Positions 40,015-49,616 of a DNA stretch of 64,000 nt are shown piece after piece (the stretch's first letter is position 1; each line of letters starts with the position of its first letter). The position numbers were made by a program, and so were the translations under genes. Source of the stretch: an uncultured Arcobacteraceae bacterium (GTDB taxonomy: Bacteria; Campylobacterota; Campylobacteria; Campylobacterales; Arcobacteraceae); assembly GCA_964022095.1 (NCBI GenBank), contig CAXHZO010000010.1, positions 16,010 to 80,009 on the forward strand, written 5' to 3'. The notes beneath the pieces were generated by a model. It made no database searches. It was not told the origin of the DNA and saw nothing but the letters and a program-made list of their open reading frames with translations.

Positions 40015-41167
40015 CTATTTCCTTTACTTCATTGGTAATTTTTTTTATGTAATTAGAGTATGTATTTATTTCCATATTTAAGTCTATACTTCTAATTTCT
40101 AATTCAATTTTTCTCTCATTCCTACCTAATACAAAAGAATCTTTAATTTCATCATTGTGCATAGGATATAAAAGCATTGTTTTATCTATCTCTTTTGAAT
40201 AATTATTTCCATAAACATACATTTGGTACTTATCATTTCTACTTATACCATCCTTATTGTTCATAATTTTATATTTACAATCTATAATTAATCTCTGGTT
40301 CCTAAGAATAATGTCTGGCCTTAATGATAATATTCCAAAGTTTTCATTTTCTTTGGGAATACTTACGTTTTCATATGTGTTCTGCACAATTTTACCAATA
40401 AACTTTTCATATAATATATTCATGTCAAATAGAAATGCAAAAGACTTTTTGTCTTTTTGGAATAAAGGTATAAATTGATTTAACAATAAAAGTGCAAATT
40501 CAAAATGAGATTTGAATCTAATATTTAATCTATTGAAATTTATAGTTAAGTTTCTTATATCAAGATGATTATGTTCAACTTCATCAAAAATTAATTCGCA
40601 TTGCTTTAGTACCTTTTTATTCTTGACACCGATTATTAAAGATTTTATAGCAAATAAAAAGAATTGGTTTAATAAATTGTTCATACTAAACTCATCATAT
40701 TCACAATAAATTTTACTTCTTGTAAAGTTATACTTTAAATTTTCATTTATTAAATATTTTCCCTTTAAAGTATGAAGATTATCTTCTTCGATTCTATACT
40801 CTTTGTAAGTACCTTTTTTTAATTCTTTTAAAAGATTTTTTGCAAATAACTGAATAAATACTTCTATTACATTATGCTTATGGTTTTTACAAGATGCAAG
40901 TTCTTCATTTTCTAACTTCATATCATATGTATAAATTAGCATATACATAAAAATATCTAAGTTTTCATCTTTATCTTTTGATATTTTGGGAAGGATAAAA
41001 TAGTCTGTATTTTTAAAGTTAAGCATTCCACAATATTGCTTTGTTTTTAATATGCCCCATTCATATTTAAAGTATTTATGCAATATTTTATTGTTAAGTA
41101 TATGTTCTCCAAGTTCTTGTAGACAATCATTATTTAAATCTATTTTTTCATGTTCAGATAAATACAT
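40001..41167 (-). CDS. mcrC: McrC-family PD-(D/E)xK nuclease
   Basis: FLFDMNILYEKFI, RPDII...IDCKYK, DKYQMYVY. Confidence 0.92.
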   Translation of the reverse strand: MYLSEHEKIDLNNDCLQELGEHILNNKILHKYFKYEWGILKTKQYCGMLNFKNTDYFILPKISKDKDENLDIFMYMLIYTYDMKLENEELASCKNHKHNVIEVFIQLFAKNLLKELKKGTYKEYRIEEDNLHTLKGKYLINENLKYNFTRSKIYCEYDEFSMNNLLNQFFLFAIKSLIIGVKNKKVLKQCELIFDEVEHNHLDIRNLTINFNRLNIRFKSHFEFALLLLNQFIPLFQKDKKSFAFLFDMNILYEKFIGKIVQNTYENVSIPKENENFGILSLRPDIILRNQRLIIDCKYKIMNNKDGISRNDKYQMYVYGNNYSKEIDKTMLLYPMHNDEIKDSFVLGRNERKIELEIRSIDLNMEINTYSNYIKKITNEVKEIVDGL

Positions 41168-41242
41168 ATTAAGATTATATCTTCTTATATCTTACTATCT
41201 AGAAAGTTGTTGAGCAATGTAGTTGCGAATAAATTCAAGATA

Positions 41243-41292
41243 GTAAAAACAGTCAATTAATTTATTAATGACAGTCTTTTACACATCTTGCC
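41243..41292 (+). other. Candidate MOBP-type oriT; predicted nick between 41290 and 41291
   Basis: Imperfect 18-bp inverted repeat followed by ACATCTTG^CC, matching the RP4 IR + 8 nt + YATCCTG^C layout. Confidence 0.75.
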
Positions 41293-41458
41293 TTTTTCTC
41301 TTATTGTAATTTATTAGATTTTAATGCATTCTTCTCAAAAAAGTACTATTTAAGTTATATAAAAGCAAGTTGACATAAAATCTAACTAACTCTAATTAAA
41401 TGATATATATTGTGATATAATTATTTTCTATATATAGAAAAATATTTAAGGCACTTTA

Positions 41459-41821
41459 ATGAATAAAATAAAAAGAGGGACTGGAAAAATTGAGTTTTTT
41501 ACAAATCTTGATTATATAGAAAAGAAATATTATGCTGGATATGTAGTAGCAAAAGAACTTTATAATTTAACAAAAAAAGAAAAAAATATCACTATGTCAT
41601 ATAAGCAATTTAGTATATATTTTAAAAAATATATCTTTAGTCAAGATAAAAGATTCACTAATTTAGAGCTTGAAAAAAATGAGCCTAATTTAACAAATAA
41701 GCTTGAAGAACAAAAAATAATAGATAAAACTCCAAAAATAAAAAAAATTATTGCTGGAGATAAAAAACACAAGCGTTACAATCCACATACTAGAGAAATT
41801 AATCCAGAAGACATTTTATAA
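41459..41821 (+). CDS. traK: TraK-family oriT-binding protein
   Basis: RGTGKIEF...AGY...ITMSYKQFSIYFKKYI resembles IncP TraK; located just past the predicted nick. Confidence 0.65.
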   Translation: MNKIKRGTGKIEFFTNLDYIEKKYYAGYVVAKELYNLTKKEKNITMSYKQFSIYFKKYIFSQDKRFTNLELEKNEPNLTNKLEEQKIIDKTPKIKKIIAGDKKHKRYNPHTREINPEDIL

Positions 41822-41825
41822 CTTA

Positions 41826-41968
41826 TATTTCACATATATGCTAAATATGATATATTTTTTTAAATATTCATAATAGAAATAACACTATTTAGTATATAAG
41901 CTAAAACTAAAGCAAATATTTATTTTAGAAGCTATATAATTGATCATATTTAACTTATATACTAAATA
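41826..41968 (+). promoter_or_regulatory. Three palindromic operators (TATTTAG-N8-CTAAATA consensus) and a TATAAT box upstream of the hipB-like gene
   Basis: Copies at 41826-41847, 41886-41907 and 41947-41968; TATAAT at 41935-41940. Confidence 0.7.
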
Positions 41969-41991
41969 AGAACATATATTAAGGTATTAAA

Positions 41992-42204
41992 ATGGCATCA
42001 ACCTACTCTAAAATAGGAAAAATCATAAGAATAAGAAGAAAAGATTTAAATCTTGAACTAAAAGATTTACAAGATTATTCAGGTGTAAATTATGTTTCAA
42101 TTTCAGATATTGAAAATGGAAAAGCAAACCCTACAATTAAAACACTAGAAAAACTTTTAGATGTATTAGGAATGGAATTAGATATCAAAGTGAAAATTAA
42201 ATAA
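41992..42204 (+). CDS. hipB: HipB-like Xre HTH regulator
   Basis: IRIRRK...SISDIENGKANPTIKTLEKL. Confidence 0.85.
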   Translation: MASTYSKIGKIIRIRRKDLNLELKDLQDYSGVNYVSISDIENGKANPTIKTLEKLLDVLGMELDIKVKIK

Positions 42205-42530
42205 TGCAAAGAGCAAAAGTTTTTAGAAACAGTATCTTTGCTGGGTTACTTACAAAATTTGATGAAAATAGTTATAGTTTTGTTTATGATAAAGAGTATT
42301 TAAATAAAGATATTGCGAAAGCTATTAGTCTAACATTCCCTTTACAAGAAGAAGAATTTACATCAAAAAGCTTATTTTCTTTTTTTTATAATCTATTAGC
42401 AGAAGGAAAATTAAAAGATATACAATGTAAAGAGCTTAGAATTGATAAAAATGATGATTTTTCAAGGTTATTATTAACAACCAAAGAGAACACAATAGGT
42501 TCAATTACAATAGAAAAAGATGAGATATAA
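42204..42530 (+). CDS. HipA N-terminal-domain protein (HipS-like antitoxin)
   Basis: AGLL...YSFVY...ISLTFP...FFYNLLAEG...IGSITI. Confidence 0.85.
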   Translation: MQRAKVFRNSIFAGLLTKFDENSYSFVYDKEYLNKDIAKAISLTFPLQEEEFTSKSLFSFFYNLLAEGKLKDIQCKELRIDKNDDFSRLLLTTKENTIGSITIEKDEI

Positions 42531-42532
42531 AA

Positions 42533-43531
42533 ATGGAAGATAAGATATGTTTAGGCTGTTTAGCAGAAAATAAAAAACTAAGAAATAACTATTGTTCAAA
42601 GTGTATTAAAGAACTATTTAATGGTAAGGTACCAAATCCTTTAAATTTTGATAGAGTTGAATTTACTAAAAAAAGAGCAGAATTATCACCTAGAATGTCA
42701 ATCTCTGGAGTACAAGATAAAATCTCTTTAACTTTTGAAAAGAAAGATTTAATACCAACTGCAAGTAATGGAAAATATATATTAAAACCTATTACAAATG
42801 GAGATGGGTATATTCAAAATGAAAAAGATATTGTGGCAAATGAACATTTATCAATGATTATCTCAAAGAATATATTTAAAATTCCTACAGCTTCGTGTGG
42901 TTTGATTATGTTTAGTGATGGAGAGTTAGCTTATATAACAAAGAGATTTGATTATGATGAAGAAACAAGCTTGAAACATGATCAAGAAGATTTTGCTGGA
43001 ATTATGGGAATAACACCAGTAACTCATGGAGAAAATTATAAATATGATGCTTGTAGTTATTTAGATTGTGCAAAGATGATAAAAAAGTATGTTGCATCAA
43101 GTGTAATATCACAAGAAGACTTTTTTAAAAGAATTATTCTAAATTATCTAATATGTAATGGTGATGCACATATTAAAAACTTTTCTTTGTATAGTAAAGC
43201 AGATTCTAGAGAATACTTTTTAACACCAAGTTATGATTTATTAAACACAAGATTTCATATAAATGAAAAATATGGAGATATGGCTATAGATTTATTAGAT
43301 GATTATACATCTACTTATGAAGCTTATGGTTACTATACTTATGATGATTTTAAAACCTTTGCTAAGTATATAAATTTACCTGAAATAAGATTTAATAAAA
43401 TTATGAAATTTATTGAGGATTCATATCAAGAAGTAGAAGATTTGATTGAAAAATCTTTTTTAAGCTCTGAAGCAAAAGAGTTTTATAAAGAATCTTATAA
43501 AGATAGAATGAAAAGATTGAGAGCTAGGTAG
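42533..43531 (+). CDS. HipA-family kinase (HipT-like toxin)
   Basis: SISGVQDK Gly-loop, YILKP, NEHL, KRFD, GDAHIKNFS, PSYD. Confidence 0.9.
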   Translation: MEDKICLGCLAENKKLRNNYCSKCIKELFNGKVPNPLNFDRVEFTKKRAELSPRMSISGVQDKISLTFEKKDLIPTASNGKYILKPITNGDGYIQNEKDIVANEHLSMIISKNIFKIPTASCGLIMFSDGELAYITKRFDYDEETSLKHDQEDFAGIMGITPVTHGENYKYDACSYLDCAKMIKKYVASSVISQEDFFKRIILNYLICNGDAHIKNFSLYSKADSREYFLTPSYDLLNTRFHINEKYGDMAIDLLDDYTSTYEAYGYYTYDDFKTFAKYINLPEIRFNKIMKFIEDSYQEVEDLIEKSFLSSEAKEFYKESYKDRMKRLRAR

Positions 43532-43647
43532 TATATAAAGTTTATATATTTTCTAACTAAATTATTTGGCAAGAAGAGCTATCCCCTACCAAATTTAAAA
43601 CTCTAGATAGAGACCTTTTTAAGATACTTTATACTTCTTTTTTATTG

Positions 43648-43688
43648 ATATTTTTCCAGAAAAAGATATACTTTTTTCTGGAAAATAT
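43648..43688. terminator. Hairpin between the convergent hipT-like and traI genes
   Basis: TTTTCCAGAAAAAG-ATATA-CTTTTTTCTGGAAAA. Confidence 0.5.
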
Positions 43689-43873
43689 TTTTAATATTCT
43701 CATAGCTAGTAAAAATTCCTAAATATTTTCATTTATTTATACAAATTGTATAAACATTGTTTAATATCTACTTGTTTATTCACTTTCTTTGATTAGAAAT
43801 GTCTTTTTAAATACAAAATATGTCTTTACTAGGAACAGTACTAGCTATCATCTAGAGTTCCTATATATTCAAC

Positions 43874-45463
43874 TTAATAAGAATAACTATTCCCATCTTT
43901 TTTATTAGATATATTTTTAATAACTTGCATTTTTTGATCTTTAAATACTATATTTAGATTATGTTTCTGTACAGTTTTAATGGCTTCTCTTTTAAAGTCT
44001 TCTGTACCCGTGATATCTAATTCATTTCCATATTTAGCCATGGCCATTTTTAAAACAGTTAAGATTTCATTCGATTTATTATTGTTAATATTTATTTTTA
44101 GATGATTACCTTTATCTAATACCTTACTTTCTTCATTAATCTTATAAGTTACCGTTCCATCTTTATTGACTATCTTATCTCCAAAAGAAAAAATTTGATT
44201 ATTCTCTTTTTTTTCTGTAGCTGATAAAATATTTTCTCCAGGATTTATTGTTATCTTTGATTTTCGTAATGCCTCTAATGCTTCTTCATCTCCAGATAAA
44301 GATCTATTTATTAGATAATCTTTATAAGAAAGCTTTTTATATTTTGAATATATATCTAATCTTTGATCTTTAAATTTCATTTGAAAAGAACTTAGCTCTT
44401 TTTTTCTAGATTCATTAATCATTTTATAAATCTTTTGTTTTTCTTGTCTAGAGATAGTTCTATCTTTCATAGTCTTTTCTCTGTATAGTTGCCACTTCTT
44501 TTTGACATTCAATTTATATAATTCTCTTTGTTCTTTTTCTTCTGCTAATAATATTTCTTTTCCCTGGAGTTTTAATTTTTCGAACTCTCTATATTCATCC
44601 CAAAGATTTGATTTAAGATTAGTTTTTAGTTCAAACTTATGTATAGGTTCTATTTTGTCTATAATTGCTTTTAAAGCTTCTTTATCTTTTTCTCCATATC
44701 TTTTATCTAATTTAGATTTTGAAAGCTCTCTGCTTATATCTGATGCTTTTATGAATAGTTTTTGTGATCTACTTGATATTACATTTCCATTTCCTCGATC
44801 TCTTAGCTCTAGATCATATTTAGCCAAAGTTTTATATAGATCTTTCCAGGTACTCTTATCATCAGCTAAAACTTTTTTAATCTCAGCTGCAGCATTTTCT
44901 TTTACCCAATCTTTAAAATTAACTATTCCTGTATGAATAGTTTTATCATCCATATCATTCTTTTTTTCTTCAAGAGTTCTTCTAACATGATTTGTGATTT
45001 TTAGATTATGTTTTATTTCTAACTCAGCAGCCTTTCTTTGTAGCGTTAACTTATCAAAAGATAGATTTTTAATCTTATGAGTTATTGGATCTATTAAGTT
45101 TACAGCAACATGAATGTGCTTGTTATTAGTGTTTGTATGAATAACACTTAACCTTTGACAATCTTCAAGCCCTAAAGATGATAATAATTCATTCTCTATA
45201 TCTTGAATTATCTCATCACTTGGATTCTCATCTTCTTGAAAAGAAACAATCAAATGATAAGTTTTATCTTGTTTTACTCTTTGATTCAAAGATTGTGTAT
45301 TTTCAATCTCTAGAATGTTGTGATCTATTTCCGTATAGCTACAATTTGAGAAGTAATAAGTTTCAACTTTTTCCATATTGTTTTTTAGATCTAATATATA
45401 ATTTGCTAAAGCTTTATAACTCGATTTTGTAGCTTTTTTTGCAGCTACTTTTTTAACTATCAT
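43874..45463 (-). CDS. traI: MOBP relaxase (TraI-like)
   Basis: LANYI (motif I Tyr), YHLIVSF..DE, HTNTNNKHIHVAVN 3H motif; C-terminal GTEDFK LPD7-like region. Confidence 0.92.
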   Translation of the reverse strand: MIVKKVAAKKATKSSYKALANYILDLKNNMEKVETYYFSNCSYTEIDHNILEIENTQSLNQRVKQDKTYHLIVSFQEDENPSDEIIQDIENELLSSLGLEDCQRLSVIHTNTNNKHIHVAVNLIDPITHKIKNLSFDKLTLQRKAAELEIKHNLKITNHVRRTLEEKKNDMDDKTIHTGIVNFKDWVKENAAAEIKKVLADDKSTWKDLYKTLAKYDLELRDRGNGNVISSRSQKLFIKASDISRELSKSKLDKRYGEKDKEALKAIIDKIEPIHKFELKTNLKSNLWDEYREFEKLKLQGKEILLAEEKEQRELYKLNVKKKWQLYREKTMKDRTISRQEKQKIYKMINESRKKELSSFQMKFKDQRLDIYSKYKKLSYKDYLINRSLSGDEEALEALRKSKITINPGENILSATEKKENNQIFSFGDKIVNKDGTVTYKINEESKVLDKGNHLKININNNKSNEILTVLKMAMAKYGNELDITGTEDFKREAIKTVQKHNLNIVFKDQKMQVIKNISNKKDGNSYSY

Positions 45464-45840
45464 GCTTGTTTCTGCATTATTTTTAATGCTTCATTTTTTA
45501 ATATTAACTTTAGTCTTTCTATATCATTTACAAGATTGTCTATATCTTTGTAAGTTCTAGTATTACTAAAGTCATGTTTATCTGCTCTATTATCCTCTAA
45601 CCACATTTTAAAAAGACCTCCTAATCTTCCCATATCTGCATTTACTTTTAAAAGATTAGCAGCTGCTTTTTCATCAACTATAGATTTTATAGAATAATTA
45701 AGACCTAATGATCTTAAATATCCTGGGATTTTTAGTCCATATTTATTAGAGTTTGAAACTAAGTTTTCTTGTTCATTTTGATTAACTCTAACCGTTATTT
45801 TTATATCTCTTCTTTTTTGTGGATCTATTGAAGTTCTCAT
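45460..45840 (-). CDS. traJ: Relaxosome accessory protein TraJ/MobC
   Basis: ITVRV ribbon-helix-helix start, YLRSLGL, KVNADMGRLGGLFKMWL. Confidence 0.88.
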   Translation of the reverse strand: MRTSIDPQKRRDIKITVRVNQNEQENLVSNSNKYGLKIPGYLRSLGLNYSIKSIVDEKAAANLLKVNADMGRLGGLFKMWLEDNRADKHDFSNTRTYKDIDNLVNDIERLKLILKNEALKIMQKQA

Positions 45841-45841
45841 A

Positions 45842-47074
45842 TTAACTTTTCATAAGGTTTTCATTAACTCCAGAAACATATTCTGAATTAGAAGAATTAG
45901 AATTTTCACTACTTGATGATTCACTTTTTGCCGATTTAATTGCATCTTTAAAATCATTTTTAGGTGTACTCATTGATGAACTACTAGTTGCATTTAATAT
46001 GTCAGATTTTTGGTTCATAGAATTTGTCATTCTAACACCCATATTTCCAGCTGCATATTTATTAGCACCAGTAATTGTGTTAACTGCATCAGCTCCAGCT
46101 GCCTTAGTTAAATTACCTAATGTTGATCCTTGACCAGATCCAGAAAGTTCTTTTGCAGCAGTTATTGCACTTTTTCCAGAAACTACTCCAGCTGCTGTTC
46201 CAACAGCTCCTCCAACTGCTGCAGCAACTGCAACTTTAGCAGTACCCATTCCAGAAGTAGAATTTCCAGCAAAATGTCCAGATAGTAAGGATTCAACCAT
46301 TCCAGGTACCATTTGAACTAAAGATGCAAGAAGAACAGAGATTGCGACCATCGCCATGATAGAGTTATTATCTGTTCCAACATTTGCAGCCATGTCTTGA
46401 ATGGTAGTTACAGATAAACCTAGAAATACTTTTATAAAAAATAATTCCATACCAGCTTTTATAATTGAAATTATTGGATTAATTGCATAAGATCTAGTTT
46501 GAGTTAAACCACCAAGAGCAAAAACTATATAAGCACCAGCCATTAGAGCATATATCTTTACAATTGTAATAAATAATTGAGCTGTCATAAGAGCAAATGC
46601 TATTAATACTATTATCCCAGCTAAAACTAAACCTATACTGTCAAATGAAAATCCTATTCCATCCCAAATAGCTTTTACGATTATAAATGCTTGTTCTAAA
46701 ATAGTATCAGGAGCAATATTAACTCCAGTCGCATTATTTGCTAACATTGCAAAAGAGTCTGGTATGGTAACCAGCCAATCAGTTAAGGTAAACAACAATA
46801 AAAAGAATCCAATGATTATAACTTTTCTAATCAACTCATAGAATAACTCTGCAAAATCAGTACCTTTTAAAGCCATATAGCCAAAAGTAAGGACAAAATC
46901 TATAGAAACTAAAGCCCAAAATAACCACATAGCTGACGGTAAAATTGTATTAGTCCAATCATTTGCAGCATTTTTAAACACTAGTAAAATATCACTTGTA
47001 TTATTATTCGTATCAACGGCTGCAAAAATTATAGTTGGTAATAAAATAAAGATTAATATTAATATTTTTTTCAT
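45842..47074 (-). CDS. trbL: P-type conjugative transfer protein TrbL (VirB6-like)
   Basis: Multiple TMs, Gly/Ala-rich C-terminus, follows trbJ-trbK. Confidence 0.88.
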   Translation of the reverse strand: MKKILILIFILLPTIIFAAVDTNNNTSDILLVFKNAANDWTNTILPSAMWLFWALVSIDFVLTFGYMALKGTDFAELFYELIRKVIIIGFFLLLFTLTDWLVTIPDSFAMLANNATGVNIAPDTILEQAFIIVKAIWDGIGFSFDSIGLVLAGIIVLIAFALMTAQLFITIVKIYALMAGAYIVFALGGLTQTRSYAINPIISIIKAGMELFFIKVFLGLSVTTIQDMAANVGTDNNSIMAMVAISVLLASLVQMVPGMVESLLSGHFAGNSTSGMGTAKVAVAAAVGGAVGTAAGVVSGKSAITAAKELSGSGQGSTLGNLTKAAGADAVNTITGANKYAAGNMGVRMTNSMNQKSDILNATSSSSMSTPKNDFKDAIKSAKSESSSSENSNSSNSEYVSGVNENLMKS

Positions 47075-47075
47075 C

Positions 47076-47330
47076 TTACCAACCTATCACTTTTTCATCA
47101 CCAATAATTGGATTATTAGATTTAGAAATTATTTCATTAACTGCCATTTGAGCATTAGAACAATCAAGTTTATCATTTTCAGTTGAGTAACCACTTTCCT
47201 TACAAGTTTTTACTTTTTTCTTTGCAATTTCTATATGATCTAAATAATATGCTTTATTTTTTGCTTTATTCTCACTACACCCACTTAATAAAACTATTGC
47301 AATAAATACTATTAAAATTAAATTTTTCAC
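47076..47330 (-). CDS. trbK: Entry-exclusion lipoprotein (TrbK/EexN-like)
   Basis: LSGC lipobox, YY..H...C...C..A pattern, C-terminal Trp. Confidence 0.8.
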   Translation of the reverse strand: MKNLILIVFIAIVLLSGCSENKAKNKAYYLDHIEIAKKKVKTCKESGYSTENDKLDCSNAQMAVNEIISKSNNPIIGDEKVIGW

Positions 47331-47331
47331 T

Positions 47332-48117
47332 TTACCATCCTATTACTTCTTCATCACCTATTATTGGATTGTATCCGCCAGTTCTTTTATGTTGTAATTG
47401 AGCTTCAACAATTTCGTTTTTCTCATTTTCTGCAGCCATATATTGAGACTGTAAATTAATTTGACTCATTACTGTAGATCTAAGTTTTCTCATTTGATCA
47501 ACTTGAAAAAGTGCAATATCATTAGCAGCTTGAATTACTGCTTTATTACCAGTAGCTCCAGCAGAATTACTTTTAAGAGTGTTTATTATTGACGCTTCAT
47601 TAGAAAAATCATCTTCTTGTAATCCTAAACTATCTAAAGTACCTTTTATAGTATTTCTTGTGTTAGTATTTAGTTGTTGATATTGTTGTGAGAAACTTTC
47701 TGCTTTTTCTCCTGGAGTTAAAGATCCAGAATTAGCAATACTATAATAATTAGCATAACCCTTATAGTTATCACTAAACATTTGATCAAAATTCCCCATT
47801 GTGTAAGATAAAGCATTTGCACTTTGCATTACACCTTTTAATCCAGTTACACTAACTGCAAAATCTTGCCAATCAAAGTTACCTAGATCTTGCAAGTTTT
47901 GTGTCATCATTTGAACACTCATAATATCTTGTTGTAGTTGATTTATTTGAGTATTTAATTGATTTACTTGTTCTGCATAATCAGCACTCCAAGCAACTTG
48001 ATCTCCAAGCCATTGAGCAAGTTGAGTTACTTCTGTAGCTCCACCAGCTGCAGCACCAGCAAATATATTAGTGCTTAATGTAACTGCAGCAATAAAACTT
48101 AAAGTTAATTTCTTCAT
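47332..48117 (-). CDS. trbJ: P-type conjugative transfer protein TrbJ (VirB5-like)
   Basis: Signal peptide, GGATEVTQL, Gln-rich helices, QMRKLR, C-terminal Trp. Confidence 0.88.
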   Translation of the reverse strand: MKKLTLSFIAAVTLSTNIFAGAAAGGATEVTQLAQWLGDQVAWSADYAEQVNQLNTQINQLQQDIMSVQMMTQNLQDLGNFDWQDFAVSVTGLKGVMQSANALSYTMGNFDQMFSDNYKGYANYYSIANSGSLTPGEKAESFSQQYQQLNTNTRNTIKGTLDSLGLQEDDFSNEASIINTLKSNSAGATGNKAVIQAANDIALFQVDQMRKLRSTVMSQINLQSQYMAAENEKNEIVEAQLQHKRTGGYNPIIGDEEVIGW

Positions 48118-48542
48118 GCTGCAATCCTTTGATTATTTAAATAATATTCTATTTGATCAAACTTAGTAAAATTCGTATATCTAATTATTAATCTATAAAG
48201 ACTTTGAGTATCATTTCTAGATATATTAAATGAACAACATAATTCATCAGTTAAATTTATTAAAGATTTTTTTATTTCTGCAGTTTTAGTTTTATAAAGT
48301 ATTTGCACTTCAAATAAATATATTTTTGAATTATGATATTTGAAAGATTTAACAATTGGAATTAATACTCTATTTGTTTTGATTGAATGTAAATCTAAAA
48401 ATTCATATCTATCATTTGCAAATAGTTGTAATTTACTTTTGTTGATTGAAACATTAACAATTGAATTTTTTAAACTATAAAACCTAAAGTTTTTTTCTTT
48501 TACTATAACTTTTGTAGAATATTTTAATTTTATATTATTCAT
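48114..48542 (-). CDS. Hypothetical protein
   Basis: Overlaps both neighbours in the rep-trbJ operon. Confidence 0.6.
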   Translation of the reverse strand: MNNIKLKYSTKVIVKEKNFRFYSLKNSIVNVSINKSKLQLFANDRYEFLDLHSIKTNRVLIPIVKSFKYHNSKIYLFEVQILYKTKTAEIKKSLINLTDELCCSFNISRNDTQSLYRLIIRYTNFTKFDQIEYYLNNQRIAA

Positions 48543-49110
48543 AATACACTCCTTTATTTTTTTCTTTTGGAGTTTGTAAATATGATCTATTTTTAATTTT
48601 TAATCTTTCCTTCGATTTTTTAACTTGATACATAATATTAAGTGCTTCAGTATTTGAAAAACTAGTTGAGGGCTTAATAGTAGTATTATTATATGTAAGT
48701 ATATTATTATATGTAGTTAATTTATGGCATGCCATATTTTCCCCTACCAAAATTTGGTAGGCGGTAATAAACCTTATTTTGTCGCAATTTTGCACTTTTT
48801 CTATTTCATCTAATACATATTTAATATCTAAGTTTTCTGAGTCGAAAAACCATATTAAATTACAATTTTTAATAATTTGTATTCGGAATAGAAACAAGTT
48901 GTTTTCTAACTCTTTTATATATTTTCTTAAAGTTTTATCTTGAAGTTTTGTATGTATTTTTAAAGACTCAAATGTAATTTCAAAATTATCACTATAACAT
49001 TCCAAAATTGAACCAATTCCTTTGGATTGCACTGATAACTTTTTATGAAACAGTAAGTTTTTATGTACTTGGGCATACTGTTTCTCTTTTTTTCTAACTC
49101 GTATTTTCAT
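48535..49110 (-). CDS. Phage-type replication initiator (N-terminal winged HTH)
   Basis: YAQVHKNLL...LSVQSKG...FESL...LRKYIKELE pattern; internal palindromes and AT-rich repeats. Confidence 0.6.
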   Translation of the reverse strand: MKIRVRKKEKQYAQVHKNLLFHKKLSVQSKGIGSILECYSDNFEITFESLKIHTKLQDKTLRKYIKELENNLFLFRIQIIKNCNLIWFFDSENLDIKYVLDEIEKVQNCDKIRFITAYQILVGENMACHKLTTYNNILTYNNTTIKPSTSFSNTEALNIMYQVKKSKERLKIKNRSYLQTPKEKNKGVYYE

Positions 49111-49219
49111 AATTTCACCTATCATTATATGTACAAGTTCAATATGTTATCATTACACACTGACTTGTTCAGTTATTAGTCCACTTTTGACCGTTTGCCA
49201 AAACTCTAAATGTGGACAA

Positions 49220-49453
49220 CTATGCAGTTTTTATAGTTTGATTAAGCCAATCACATAATGCTGTTTTAGGGTAAAGTACTCGCCCACGCTTTCCATTATC
49301 TACTTTAAGATATTCAGGACCTAATCCCTTTTTTCTATAAGTAGCCATTGAGGATGAACTAACTCCTACTACCTGTGCTGAATAAAATTCGTTCAAACAA
49401 GCACTACCTCTTTTTTCTTTTGGTAATAAAGAGTTTAACATTTCTAAATCCAT
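49220..49453 (-). CDS. AlpA/excisionase-like HTH protein
   Basis: GVSSSSMATYRKKGLGPEYLK...RVLYPKTALCDWL. Confidence 0.85.
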   Translation of the reverse strand: MDLEMLNSLLPKEKRGSACLNEFYSAQVVGVSSSSMATYRKKGLGPEYLKVDNGKRGRVLYPKTALCDWLNQTIKTA

Positions 49454-49475
49454 AGGATTCCTTTTTGTTTTATTT

Positions 49476-49512
49476 AATTACATTATGATATAAAAACAAT
49501 CATAATGTAATT
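49476..49512. promoter_or_regulatory. Perfect 14-bp inverted repeat, candidate operator in the divergent control region
   Basis: AATTACATTATGAT-N9-ATCATAATGTAATT. Confidence 0.6.
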
Positions 49513-49616
49513 TTTATATCATATTACAGTTTATTTTAAATTTTTCTTAATTTATTGTATAGTTTTATATTTTATGTTATAATTTAATAAAATTATCATA
49601 ATAATATAGGACAAAC

